Of a stretch of DNA of 64,000 bases, positions 25,201-37,540 are shown in pieces (position 1 is the stretch's first letter; each line of letters opens with the position of its first letter). Source of the DNA: Tricharina praecox (Eukaryota); NCBI RefSeq assembly GCF_024521635.1, contig NW_026250421.1:124001-188000 (forward strand), in the 5' to 3' direction. Made by a program: the position numbers and the translations under genes. The notes beneath the pieces are model-generated. The model worked only from the letters and a program-made list of their open reading frames with translations. It was not told the origin of the DNA and ran no database searches.

Positions 25201-27370
25201 CCTGTGTTTCCTTCGGGGACAGGTTCGCTCTCGTCTAGAAATCGATCTGGGGGAAGGCTCTTGCAGAAACTCTTCATCGTCTTCTCGAACGTGAGGACGT
25301 CCCTAATGAGGTTGCTATGCTCCAGATTTCCTTTCTCGATCATGTGGAGATACAGAGAGCTACGGTCACGAGCTCGTCCACGAGACTGCACGTACTGGAT
25401 CATGGTGTTGTATATGTCGAATCTTATCACCAAGTTGCAATCCGGAACGTCGAGTCCTTCCTCGGCAACTGATGTCGCAAACAAACAGTTCAATATGCCA
25501 AGCTTGAAGCGATGCACATTGACCATCTGCTGCCGAATCGTGAAGGTCCCGTCACTATCAGCACCAGTCCGACTACCAAGGAGCACTCCTGCACGAAAGT
25601 TCTCAGAAACTTGATCTTTGAGGCATTCGTAGATAGTTCTGGCTGCTAAACGTCTCTCGATGAAGATGATGCATTTTGTCTCAGGGTTTTCGTTGTATGC
25701 CTTTTGGAGTTGTCTCCAGAGCAGCCAGACCTTAGGGCTGACGTCTCCTTCCAGCATCTTGGGAGGTCCGTATTCGTGTAGAGCAACATAATCCTGGGCT
25801 TCACGGATCATTTGGAGGTCTCGCTCTAGTTTTTCCCATCGCTCAGCTGGATCGCGGGTGCCAGCTGCCTCCTCAGATTCTCGCTCGGCTTGTCTCGCCA
25901 ACTTCTGAGAATGTCGCTCAGACAGTGCAAACGACCAGGATCGATCCGCACACCAAGGGCCTGAAAACATCATTTAGCAATGGACCCATATGCCACTGTT
26001 GAATCGGGATAACCTACCAAGCTCGGTACTGGCCTGCTTTGCGAAGGCAAAGGCGCGTTGCAAGCAGGAAACGTTTCCGAATTTGTCGTGAAGCTGTCGG
26101 TAAAGATCGGTCTCAAAGGGCTGTTTTCTAGCCCCTTCATAGATCATCACCCTCTCCTGGGGACGAAATTCGCTCCGCTTGAGGAATGAGATGTGCTCCG
26201 ATGTGTAGATACGACAATACAGGAGCTCCTCTAACTCCCTGGATTGTGTCAACAGTCAATTCAAATTGGCCGAGAAAATGGGGAATCACTTACGATGCCG
26301 CCCGATCAACTTTGGTCTTACTATTCGTGTCAATTGGAGATGCCGTCATCCCAAAGATTTTAGGACGGTTTTTCGCTGGCTCGGGGCTGTAAAAGTCCCT
26401 CATTATTTTGGCATACGCATGATTCTTCTTTGCATGGTGGGCTTCGTCAAAGCAGATCAGATTGATGTCCTTTATCAATATGAAGCCGCGACTGAGGCAG
26501 ACGTTCAGCACGTCGGCAGTCATCACGATGACTAGCTCATCGTCGAGAATCTTGGACCAGGTCTCAAGTTTCCACATCTTCTCGGTGTCGCATTTGGCGC
26601 CGTAGTACCTTCCAACCTTGGCATCGAGATTGTTGGCCAGGACCGAAGATTGTTGAAACACCAGATTGACAGAGTCCACCAGGAAGAAACTGGCGCGACG
26701 ATGTCCACCGGCTTTGCGGTTTTCCAGCTCCTCGCTGATCATGTGACGGATGAGTAGGCAGGCAATCAACGTCTTTCCAGAACCTTTGACTTGATTAGCA
26801 CGACCGTTTGAGTTTACCCCAGGGTGGAACTACCGGTGTCGAGAACAGCCAGCACGTTCATCTGCTTGGCTAGCTCGAAGATCTCCAACTGATACTCTCT
26901 CGGCGTTGAAATGACCTCTGCAGCCCCTCTGTTCGCTAAAGCGGCCATAGAGAGCTTGTGATCATCCTCGTCGGCGATTGTCTTCTTGGGACTCTTTTCT
27001 TCGAACTTCCTAATTTCTTTTTCGAGCCTGTCCATGTACAAGTGATGAAATCAGTCCCCGACCGACACTTAAGATTGAGGCTGAGTGATTACCAAGCATT
27101 GAATCCGGCCTTTCGCTCGAGACGAGCTGCCGACATCTTCTTTTCCTTTCGCCGGTCTAGCGAGGTTTCGGACACACGGAGGGTGAGAATCTCTCGTTCG
27201 TCGCCGTTCGACCGAGCATCAGCATTATTTCCGATCTCATGGCCGTTATCTTGGTCGTTTTGGTGATCTTTCGTGAAAGTGTTCTCGTCTTTTGGATCGA
27301 TCGATGAGGTCTCTCGATCCTGTGCTTCCTTCGCTAGGATGTGATCTAACAAGTCGCCCATGGTAGACAT
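22218..27370 (-). CDS. dcl1: Dicer-like protein 1 (helicase, Dicer dsRBD, PAZ-position region, two RNase III, C-terminal dsRBD), 9 exons
   Basis: Helicase motifs DTG|SGKT, DEAHH, GMTASP, ATSVAEEGLDVPDCN and YVQSRGRAR. RNase IIIa NYERLEFLGD...ADVCEALIGA; RNase IIIb SYQRLEFLG|DA...PDVLEAFIGA. HPTTFL plus the C/H/CxC zinc ligands point to the DCL1 type. Confidence 0.93.
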
Positions 27371-28317
27371 CGTGAATATGCGGTATGCGGTATGCGGTAT
27401 GCGATGAGCAGTGTCAGCTCCACCTCCGTTGTCGTCTGGCGTGCGAAAGAGTAACTCGTGAGATCGTTGCGGGGGGAAGTCGAGGAGAATGATCGCTGCA
27501 GACTGAACCTGTTCAATGTGATGGGAAGTAGAGTGTTGGGAGAGTGAGCAAACAACTCACAGTATGGCGTTACTGGCAGCTTAAATATATAGAGGTTTGG
27601 AACTTCGTGTCTAGCCTCAACTCCACGATTCCTGGCGTGATGTAGTGAGAAGATTGCAATTGATGGGGTTGTTTGATGGCACGATAGGTCTACTAGTAAT
27701 TAGGTCGCACCCCGCTCGCTAGATCCCTGCTTCCGCACTCACATCATCTCTAAATGTGGATGCAGATGTCAGATCAGGGTCAGCGATTCTGCAGTGTGAG
27801 TTTGGGCTTCAACCCGTTTGGCCTCTGTCTACTAGAGGGTGCTAGAATAGTTGTGAAGTCTATCTACGGGTTAGGGTTGTAGGGCTGAGGTACTTATTGA
27901 TAGCTCCTCTAGGTTGAATATGGTTGGGGACTCTTAGAACCGATGGAAAATATAGCCTATTTTCTAGCTCCAACCACTTCACCAAAGAGCTTCTTTTCAA
28001 CAGAAACTTGTTATTAACGGATGGAGAATCGCATGGCCGACATTAAAATAACGTCCGATTGATCTTGAGGAGTGTGGTTGTGGAGTTTAAGGATTTACAA
28101 ATTAAATCATTCTGTATGGAGGCGTACTAATGCCCCCTGTTATCGACCAATTCACTTATGTTTGCACCAAATTTACCCATTTTGGGCCTATCTATAGGTA
28201 GCCAAATCGGGTAATCTAAGAACAACCATAAGCTGAGAATTGGACTAAATAGGCCTAAAATCGAATTGAAAATCTCTATTTCTTCTAAATAAAAGAAAAC
28301 TCATAAATTGCTATTTG

Positions 28318-28467
28318 CTGTAATGTGTGAGGGGGGGGGGGGGTAAAAAAATACGCTTTTTTCCGTATCGGTACGGTCAAAAAGCGCATTAGTACGGTCA
28401 AACCACGTATTTTGACCGTATCGATACGGAAAAAGCGTATTTTTTACCCTCCCCCTTCACTATACAG
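28318..28467. mobile_element. MITE-like inverted-repeat element (about 150 bp)
   Basis: The left arm GGGTAAAAAAATACGCTTTTTTCCGTATCGGTACGGTCAAAA is the near-perfect reverse complement of the right arm TTTTGACCGTATCGATACGGAAAAAGCGTATTTTTTACCC. Pairing extends outward imperfectly. The context is AT-rich and no TSD is clear. Confidence 0.6.
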
Positions 28468-28838
28468 TTACCCTTTTTGTAATTAATTCGATTTTTCAAC
28501 GAATGTCCCATCTTTTGGTTCAAGGAGTCTCCAACCATGACTCCTCTAGGTTAGATAGCTCCCGGTACGATTAGAAACCTTTCGGGCAATGAGCTGAAGG
28601 ACGTAGGGTGGTCTTGGGAGATGGGAAGTCACAAAGTAGATGCAAGTACTTTCTACGCCCAAAGGTCGAAGAGCCAGTTCTTTCGGCAGGACTGCTGCTG
28701 CAGTATTTCGAGAAAGTGCTTCCACTGAGTCTGGCTTTAGAAATTTAGAAGATTGGTGTAAACGTCTCTTAATTGGTACAGAGATCTATGATTCTCTATG
28801 AACGAAGAGCCGATATGACACCCATTTCCCATGCTCCA

Positions 28839-29523
28839 TCACTGCAAAAACTTCCACTTCCTCGCAATTTCGAATCCCTCCGCCAACGTTCCCACCCTTG
28901 CATCGATAGCATACCCATCCTTCTCCAACCGCCTACATTCGGTGTAGAGATCCTTCAGTGGCACCGTGAAGCACTCAATAAACTCATTGTCCTCTAGCTG
29001 CGGCTTCGGGTTCTTGTTTTCCTCCTTGTCCAAATCAATCTTGACGTGGACCATGTGCAAATTGGTATTGCACATTCCAGGGTCGTTGAACATGAGGCAG
29101 CTCTTGTCCTGTTCCGCGATCTCGCCGCGATACCCCGTCTCCTCGTAGAGCTCTCGGAGTGCGCACTCTTCGGCCGTCTCATTGGCGTCGACGAGACCAG
29201 CGGGGACTTCGATAGTGATCTTGCCGATTGGCGGACGAAATTGTTTCTGCAAGAGAAGCTCGGGAGAGGAACCGGGGCGCTCAAGAATCGCGACGATACC
29301 GACGCCATCGTAGTTGACACCTACAGGACGTGTGCATCGCTCAGCGGACTCCCAGTCGCGCGTGGTGGAGTGCGGGTCAGTGTAGACGGTTCTGCAAGTT
29401 ATCGACGTCAGCTCTGAGTTGCTGCAGGAGATAAAGCGACACTCACTTGACGAGCTTGACCCATTTCGCATCCCGGAGCATCAACGGCTCACGGGAGACT
29501 ACCTCGCAGCTTTCAAGAGACAT
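28839..29523 (-). CDS. YSA1: ADP-ribose pyrophosphatase (Nudix, NUDT5/Ysa1 family), 2 exons
   Basis: Nudix box GLVDANETAEECALRELYEETGY, plus KQFRPP, WESAER and IDARV. Exon 1 reads MSLESCEVV...KWVKLVK. Confidence 0.92.
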
Positions 29524-29687
29524 TCTGGTGATGGTTCGGAATGTGTGGTGCGGCACGAGGGGTTGATGTAGTGGTGGGGTGGGGTTGATCGTGTCATCGC
29601 TTATTTTAGTGTCCGCCGCAGGCCGATTATGTTTCTTCGCATTCCACACTCTGTTTCAACGTCATCTCATTACCCCGCCAAACCGCT

Positions 29688-31001
29688 ATGGCCAGCTCCG
29701 ACGACCAACAAAGCTCGATCTCCTCGCTCCTCCGAGAAGCCGACATACTGAAGGATCAGCTCAGTAGCTATCCAGATACCAACGGCGATGAGTACCAGAC
29801 GAAGCTTGGTCTTGCCATCAAAAAGTACCAGCAGTGCAAGGATCTGGTCGCGCGAGCGTCTCTGCTGAGTTTAAACGAGTCGCTGGAGGATCTGGCGACT
29901 TCGGATATGCGGTGAGCAGCTACCGTTGGGAATATGCTGTCGTGTTGTCGCGTTATAGCTTCTGATGTATGCAGATAGATGTCTTGCCATCCCCTTCACC
30001 ATCGCGGAACTCAACACGCGGGTCAAATCGCCGGATCGGAAGCCTGTCTTGCTGCGTTCGGTGGCGCTCTACAAGAAATTTATCTCGCTCTGCGATGCGT
30101 ACGATCTTGTCTCGTCAGCGGAACGGACTGCCGCGGAGAATGCGGGGACCGGAAAGCCTGTCTCGGTTCTGCCGACGGATCCTGGAGCTCGTCGAACGGC
30201 GAAGATAGCTCAGTTCAAGGCGGAGAAAGAGCTTAAGGCCAAGATAGAGGTATGGAAAAAAATCCTCTCAGGATCGTCTGTTGCTTGGCCCAGCTTAAAC
30301 TAAGGCTTCTCCGTGTGTGATTGATAGTCGCTAGCAAACCATGCGAGCGCGGACGACGAAGATTTACGGGAATTCCACAAGGCATCACTGAAGCTTGCAA
30401 TAATGCAGACCATTCAATCACTGGAAATGATTATGATGGAGCTCGACATGTTAGCAAAGGCGCCTCCTCCGTCGTCCGAACCTCGCGCAACACAGGAGGA
30501 GGAGGACGATGCCCGGCGTCGTGGGCGCAAAAACGATGGATACAACGAGAAATTGGATTCTATTCCTAGCACAATAAAGGGAGGGAATTTGTTGACCAAG
30601 GACGGGAAACCACTGCGGCCTTTCGTGTTGCTGGACAAGCGACAACAGCTCAAGGATGGTGTTTTCGGGTCTGGGCACAATCTACCCACGATGACTATTG
30701 ATGAGTACCTCGAAGAAGAGAGGAGACGAGGTGGAATCATAGAAGGCGGAGGGTTTGTCCTTTGATTCCATATTTCGCTTCTGCTTTATACTCACAGTGT
30801 ATAGGGAAAAATCGGGCGAGCGACCAGAAGTCGATGAGGATGACTACGAAGCTGGTGACGCTGCGACCATGAAAGCCCGTGCCTGGGACGAATACACAGA
30901 ACAGAATCCAAAGTACGTTGCTCCCATCCATCTATATGCTTCATGCACTCGCACCTGACAACGTCAATAGGGGTTCTGGCAATACTCTCAACAGAGGCTA
31001 A
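29688..31001 (+). CDS. TAP42: PP2A-associated protein Tap42/alpha4, 5 exons
   Basis: SLNESLEDLATSD, RRTAKIAQFKAEKEL, GKPLRPFVL, VFGSGHNLPTMTIDEYLEEE, KARAWDEYTEQNPK|GSGNTLNRG*. Confidence 0.95.
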
Positions 31002-31070
31002 TAGTGGTGGAACAATAATAAAATGATCTTTCCCCACGCCATGCAATTTAATTGAGCTGTGTTTACATAC

Positions 31071-32207
31071 CTAAAGCTCGTCGTGATTCTCAGCACGCTT
31101 CTTCCTCTCGAACTCTTTGACTACCTCTAAATCCCCCGCCCAAGGAGCCTATGCCATCACGTCAGTATCAGGCCATGCTGGTCTAATGTGCAAGGGGAGC
31201 TTAACCATCAACGGGATATTCTTTGGTAATATCTCTGGCCAGTGGTTTTCCACGTGGACCATGAATGCTCCATAAAGCAGCTGATAACCCTGTCGTACAG
31301 CCACCGTATCAATCCCATTCAGACGGAGTAACATCATACTAGGCCACTCAACTCACCTTGGGCCCCAAATGCAGCCCATCAGTCAGGTACTCCCTCAGCG
31401 ATGGCGATCCTTCGTCATTGAGTGGAGCATTCGCAACCTTCTTCATAAACACAGTATAAAAGTCGAGCACCCCGAGATGGCTGTCGTCCGTTCCCAGGTC
31501 CAGAATCAAGTCCTTGACGGCTGCAGCATATTCTGCGGTCACGTCAAATGACCTGTCAGCACCCTTTCGACGATGGTACTTGCCGAGCATCTCTCGATCG
31601 ATGGGTGGTGGTGTGATGAACAGAATCCGACTGTGCTGGGAGCGCTCATTTTCGCGTATCATCTTGATCATTTTGCAAATGTTCTCCTTGTATCTTTCCA
31701 GTGGGACCTGGAAAGCCGAAAGAAACTCACGGGCTGACTATCAGTCTCCTATACCTTGAATATGGGGATTTTCGGAGAAGGAAACGGTGACAAAACGTGC
31801 GTGGTGAACAAATTCCGGTAGACAAGCGTCGTTCGTCCCAACCCACACGACCCATAGAAGCACCTCCGATATCTGTGCGGCCAGAACTCTCTCCAACCAT
31901 GGCAGAAGCCAGTCCGAGTTGTAACCCGAGAGTCCTACGAACAGAGAAAGCCATTCCTTTAGTGCTTGAATTTTCTGGGGAGAGAGAGGATTATTCACTC
32001 TCCCCCCCGAGCTCTCTCTCACGTAGAAGCGGGGAAGGGGGAAGGGGAGCTTAAACCTCGGTTTAGAACATCCGCACGCCGGACATATGCATCCGCGAGG
32101 GTAGCTCCCGAGCCGTCTCTGCCCGGAGAGTAAGCTTGCTCGATGAGCGAGTCGCCAAAGAGGATTATTGCGGGGAACGATGCTGCTGCTGCGGGAGAAG
32201 CCATCAT
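31071..32207 (-). CDS. IAH1: SGNH/GDSL esterase, IAH1-like, 5 exons
   Basis: Block I LFGDS; block II RADVLNRG|LSGYNS; block III GTNDA; ITPPPID; block V DGLH. The last exon ends ...ENHDEL*. An upstream in-frame ATG lies at 32369. Confidence 0.85.
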
Positions 32208-32968
32208 CAGTTTGGCCGACCGGGAGAGTTCGAGCACACGAGAAACGGTTTGGTTAGTGATGGAAGGTTTAGTCCCACTTGTAAAGCATAAGAGGAGTCG
32301 GGTAACGAGGGAATTATAATGACCCGTGACAGGGTGGGGGCCGTCTGCCGGAGCGGAGAGCTGAGACATCTTGCTTGCCGTGGGTCATGACTCAAAATAT
32401 TGGCCGGGGGTTCGTCGGAGCACTCTATGGCGAGCTGGCGGTTTGAATCACATGCATTTGGCCTTGAGCTTGTGGATCGGATGTGGTGGTTCGACTACTC
32501 CGGAGCTATGGTGTACGATCATCGGATCAAAGCGAGCAGTCGCAACAAGTTCCTCTCAACCCATGCATCCACCCAGAGCCCCGTCTTGGACCAAAAAATA
32601 TGACGAGTGATCGCCCATGCGCAGTCCAGCGGAGTCGGGGCCCCGTTCCAGGCACGTAGAGTATAGTGCCGCGGGTTCAGGGACTTCCATTTTGCTTCTG
32701 CAGCATTCGCCGGGCATCCATCAGCAATCTAAATTGACTTGACATGATGAAACACAATTTGGAGAAGCTGCCGGGCATTAATTGCAGTTGCTGAGAATAT
32801 GGGTGGGGCATGGCTTGGCTACAGGGTAGAGAAATCTGAGAACGTCATCTCCACTTCCTACCCACACATTTCCGCGATACTTTCGAGCTCCCCCGCCCCG
32901 CCCAGCGTCAACAACCAAGCTTGCACCAATCCATCCCACCACTTCACACTCACTCCCGGGAGTCTTCG

Positions 32969-35286
32969 ATGGCGTCGTCAGCCACTGCGAACCCTGACTC
33001 GCGTCCGGGAACTCCAGGAACGACCCGGAGCCGCTCCGCACAGATTCGTACATCGACCCTCCGTTCCACGAGCTCCACATCGTCGCTCAGCTCGCTCTTC
33101 TCCGCCTCCCCCCTGAAGGATGGATTGTCGGGAGGCCGAAGATCGGCGGATCAGTACGATGCGCGATCCCTTATCTACCGCGCGTTTGTTCCGCACATCG
33201 CCGTGCATGTCTCCGCCGACACCGACGAGCTCGCACGCGAAAAAGGATTTGCGAGCTTCCACGAGATGCTACGGCCCTACGGCGACGACCTACAGGGACG
33301 GCTAACGGTCAGGGACTCGGTGGGCAGCAGCAATAGCTTTGATGACTTCGGAGTGAGGTTCGTGGGATTACGGGAGATGGCTGCGTCGGGTGAGAATTGG
33401 GAGACAGGAATATCCGCCTGGGCGAATGGACGGGGCACTGCGTCGGCGGGGGAGAAGGGTTCCGCTGGGGGAGCAGGGTCGCAGAAGGTTTTCGTGGGAG
33501 GTAATATAGATGAAGTTGAAGAGCTGGCCAATCTACACCTGGAACGGAACGAAGAGGATCTTCTGGAAGCGTCCTCCCCCGTTGCAAATGGTGGTGGCAG
33601 CGGTAATGGTGGAGGAGGAGGAGGCGGTGCTGGTGCTGCTGCTTCTCCGCCGTCAGATCACCTGTTCTATCTCCATTTCCTCCGCAGGCTACTCTCGGCA
33701 ATGCCGGTATCGCCCCACGAAACGTTTTCACATCCAGTAGCATGTGTCATTGCAATATCTTCACGAAACCAATCGCCCATCGAGACTCTGCGCAACCTCT
33801 ACGCCTCCGGAAACGATGTGAACATGCCGCAATATGTAAACAATGACTACTTGAGATACTACGTTCTGGTCCACGATGAAGATAGGGACGACATTCAGAA
33901 GTCGGTTGCATCCACTCAAAACGCAGATCCGTGCATGGCTAACTTGCGGGTGCGCTTAGATCTACAACGTTATTCGACCAGATGAAGAAACACTTTGGCT
34001 TGAGCTGTCACCTGTTACGCCTTAGGTCGGGAGGGAAAACTGCGGTCACAGACGACGATGCGGTCATGGTGCCGACAAGTCAATGGCGCTCGGCGGCTGA
34101 GGAGCTTGCGAGCATCCGTGCGAAAGGTGGGGATCTTCGGGCTCGACACATCACTGCATTGGCTAACACTCGCTTCCAGATGCCGAGGACACCCCACCGT
34201 TATGCCTCCCCGAGACGGACGCATCAGGAATCCAGACGATGGTACGAGAGATGACACAAATGAGCGTAGTGCCGTTCATGGAGCGGTGCATTGCAACATG
34301 GAACGACCAGGTCGCATCCAGGCGGCGAGGACTTAGCGGAAGGTTTCTGTCCATGTCCAAGCGGTATTTCGGCAGTACTTCCACACGAAGTTCGACCTCA
34401 TCTTCAAGTAACTACGATCCCGTGTCGGCATCCTACCCTCCCTCCACGCCCGAGGCTCAGATGCGAAAGTTGGCGGACTTCGCATTCATGCTTAGGGACT
34501 GGAAGCTAGCACACAGCGTCTATGACCTCTTGCGGACAGATTTTACAAATGACAAAGCGTGGAAACATCACGCGGCTGCTCATGTGAGGATCCTATCTGC
34601 ATCACTATCGTACGGAGACTAACAGTCGACAGGAAATGACCGCAGTAAGCATGATCCTAACCGGCACACCCCTCTCGCACAAGGTCCGACAAGAAACGAT
34701 AGAACCGATGATCGACCTTGCCTGTTACTCCTACGTCGCCCGCTGTTCAGCAACCTACTCCGCACTCCGCTGCCTCCTCGTCTCGGTGGAGCTCCTCCGC
34801 CTCCGCGGCGGCGGCGCAGTCGACGAAGCTGCCAAATGGGCGATGCGTGCTCGTGACTCCAGCTCCCTCGGTCCGATCGGCCATGCCCTTGTCACCGAGC
34901 GCGTCGGCGATTGCTACGTGATGCGGCAGGGGCGTGGATCACAAGCCCTTGGCAGTAGGAAGCGAAAAGCGGCCATGTGGAAGATGCTCGCAGCTAACGA
35001 GTGGGTCGCCGCTGGGAAAACCACACGCGCACGGCATTGTCTGGACGATGCGCTGCCGCGCTACGAGGACACTAGATTCGATGTAATCAAGGGGTTTGCG
35101 GACTCGCTGAAGGCACGGACGGGATACACACCCTTGTCTGGGCGAAATGTGGGGAATCTGGTAGATGATGACGACGACGACGATGAATGCCTCGAGCTCG
35201 GGAGCAAACGCAAGAGCATCGTCATGTCCCCCAGTGGTGTGGAGGACTCGAGGGTCGCGGAGGATGATAAGTTTGTCGAGAGCTAA
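32969..35286 (+). CDS. TRS85: TRAPP III-specific subunit Trs85 (TRAPPC8), 4 exons
   Basis: HETFSHPVACVIAISS, YLRYYVLVHDED, MKKHFGLSCHLLRL, VVPFMERCIATWNDQVASRRRGLSGRF, EAQMRKLADFAFMLRDW. Confidence 0.92.
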
Positions 35287-35844
35287 GGGAGGCGGGTTTG
35301 TACTGGGGCGTAATCACTAATGTTGTTTTTTGTAACGTTGGGAAGTGGATGCTTAGCATGGCGTTTGGGCGTTCCTGGATTGAATGGTTGTCCGTTGGCT
35401 TCGAGAGGAATCATGTGTTGTGTATAATTTTCCTACACTAGATGAGAACGCTTAGGTCCAGACTTCGGAGAGGAGAGGAGGATGGAAGAGCGATATTCTG
35501 TAGTTATATTCGCAAAGGCAAGGAATTTACGTGCACCTCGTTCATCGTATCTACCATTCCGTCCGCGCCGCTCCACTGGACAACTTCTCTAGGGAGTGTC
35601 CATTCATCAATCCACCTGAGATAATATGGCGGATAGAGGTGAGATCATCAGATAAGTACATAACAGGCAAATACTCCACTCGGAGTCCAACGATAAAAAT
35701 AGAGCTTCTATGTACCCTATGTCAGCGATGACTCCAACTCCATGAGTCGCGACTTGCAGCCGAGTGGACCACGTGCAAAACAAACACTAGCTTGGATATA
35801 CATGAAGCTGGAGCAACCAGGAAACGCGTAGATAACAACACCAG

Positions 35845-35909
35845 CTTTCCACTCGAACGAAGCTCTCTACTCCAACGGGGCTTTCTACTCGAACGAAGTT
35901 CTCTACTTT
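35845..35909. repeat. Imperfect direct duplication (CTTTCYACTCGAACGAAGYTCTCTACT, 36-nt period) in the 5' leader of CMP7
   Basis: Direct reading of two copies. Confidence 0.7.
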
Positions 35910-35939
35910 ACCGACGCGGATCCCCAAAGTTTGCCGGCC

Positions 35940-37300
35940 ATGTCGGAGCTTCTCGCCTTCATTCTCGAGCACGAGCAATTCCGCAAGTGCGTCCCCCTCA
36001 CAAATGGGTGTAGATAAGATATGTGCTAACACGCTACAGGGCGCGTCTTCCAAGCTTGTACTCCGACTTCCGCAACCTCAAGACCACGAACCTCAACGGC
36101 TACCATGCCAACGTGACCGCGTGGAAAACGATCCTCTCCGCCGCCCTCGCCGCGGGCAAAGGTCCAGATTCCAACAAGCTGGTGCTGACCACCAGCGACG
36201 ACCTCGTATCGTCTCTGCAAACACGAGAATGTGGCCGGCCTCTGGCGCTGGGTGTCGTTATCGCTGAGGCTTTACACAACAAGGAGCTATGGAATCTGGA
36301 TACATTCCTAGCGCGGCAGGAGAGCATCTACGCGTGGAGCTATACCGGCGCCGTGCTGAACTGGGGGTTGACGAAAGCGGGGATCCGCGGGCAGCCGGTG
36401 GATACTCGCGGGATGGTTCACGGCCGGTTCGTGATCGTTAAGAACGTCGAAGAAGCCGCCAAACAGATCACGAGCACGTTCGCCGGGCACAGCTCGCTCA
36501 CCGACCGGATTTTCACCGCCGACCTCTTCGCGTCCGAACATGCACCCACGCTATCCGCAACCGACCTGAAGGTCCTCCTCCGCCACCTCTCCCGCGACAA
36601 CCGAGTATGCGCCTACAGCGGCGCCACAGTAAAATTCCTCGCCCCTGGCGAGCCCGCGATAATAACAGAAACCGACACGACAATCGCACACCTCAAGTCG
36701 CTGCTGCACTCGCTGAGCACACGGATCGTGCAGCTGAGCACCGACATCGCCGCGTGCACCGCCCGGGCGCAGGCCGCCGTGGCGAATAAAAACCGCCCTG
36801 TCGCCCTGGCCGCGCTGAAGAGTCGGAAGACGGCGGAGGGGGTGTTGACTACGCAACTGCGTGCCCGTGGGCAAGTCGAGGAGGTGATGGCCAGCATTCA
36901 GACTGCTGCGGACAATATCGAGCTAGTGACGATTCTTGATCGCAGCTCGAAGGTGCTCAAGGGCCTGAATAAGGAGATTGGCGGGGTTGAGGGCGTGGAT
37001 ATGGTTCTAGATAAATTACGGGAGGAGACGGATACGGTGGAGGAGGTCAATAGGGCTATTACTGAGGGAGGTGTGGTTATTGATGAGGAGGTTGTTGAGG
37101 ATGAGTTGGAGGCTATGATGAACGAGGTGAAGGATGCGGAGAGGGCGGAGAAGGTTAGAAAGGAGTTAGAGGAGATTCCTGCTGTCAGAGAGCCGAAGCA
37201 GGACGAGGTGATTGACAGACAGTTGTCGGATTCATTGGAAAGTATGAAGCTAGGGAACGAGGAGGAAAAGGAGGAGAACTTATCGGTGCACGCTTCGTAA
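35940..37300 (+). CDS. CMP7: CHMP7/Cmp7 ESCRT-II/III hybrid (winged-helix N-terminus + Snf7 domain), 2 exons
   Basis: MSELLAFILEHEQFRK|ARLPSLYSDF and GRPLALGVVI. The Snf7 core is ALAALKSRKTAE...IQTAADNIELV...GGVEGVDMVLD, followed by acidic DEEVVEDELEAM. Confidence 0.85.
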
Positions 37301-37540
37301 TTCCAGGCAATTAGAATATCGTAATTCATATTCATCCAAAAAGAATGCCCCGGCCTCAGCCCACCCAAGTGATTTTCCTTCCTTCCCAGCAATGCTTGTC
37401 TACTTGCTATATTATACACCAGAAAAAAATAGAACGCCCAAGTACACGAAAGAACGATGTTACTCTGGAACGTACGAAAGAAATAACTATTAAAAAATGA
37501 TTGCAGTTCAGAAGATGCAACGCTAGGTAAATACAGCCCC

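Noticed and set aside
27868..27878. AACCCTAACCC (minus strand) as a telomerase RNA template
   Set aside because: Only about 500 nt remain before the dcl1 start, too little for the long filamentous-fungal telomerase RNA, and I saw no supporting structure. It is likely chance or an interstitial seed.
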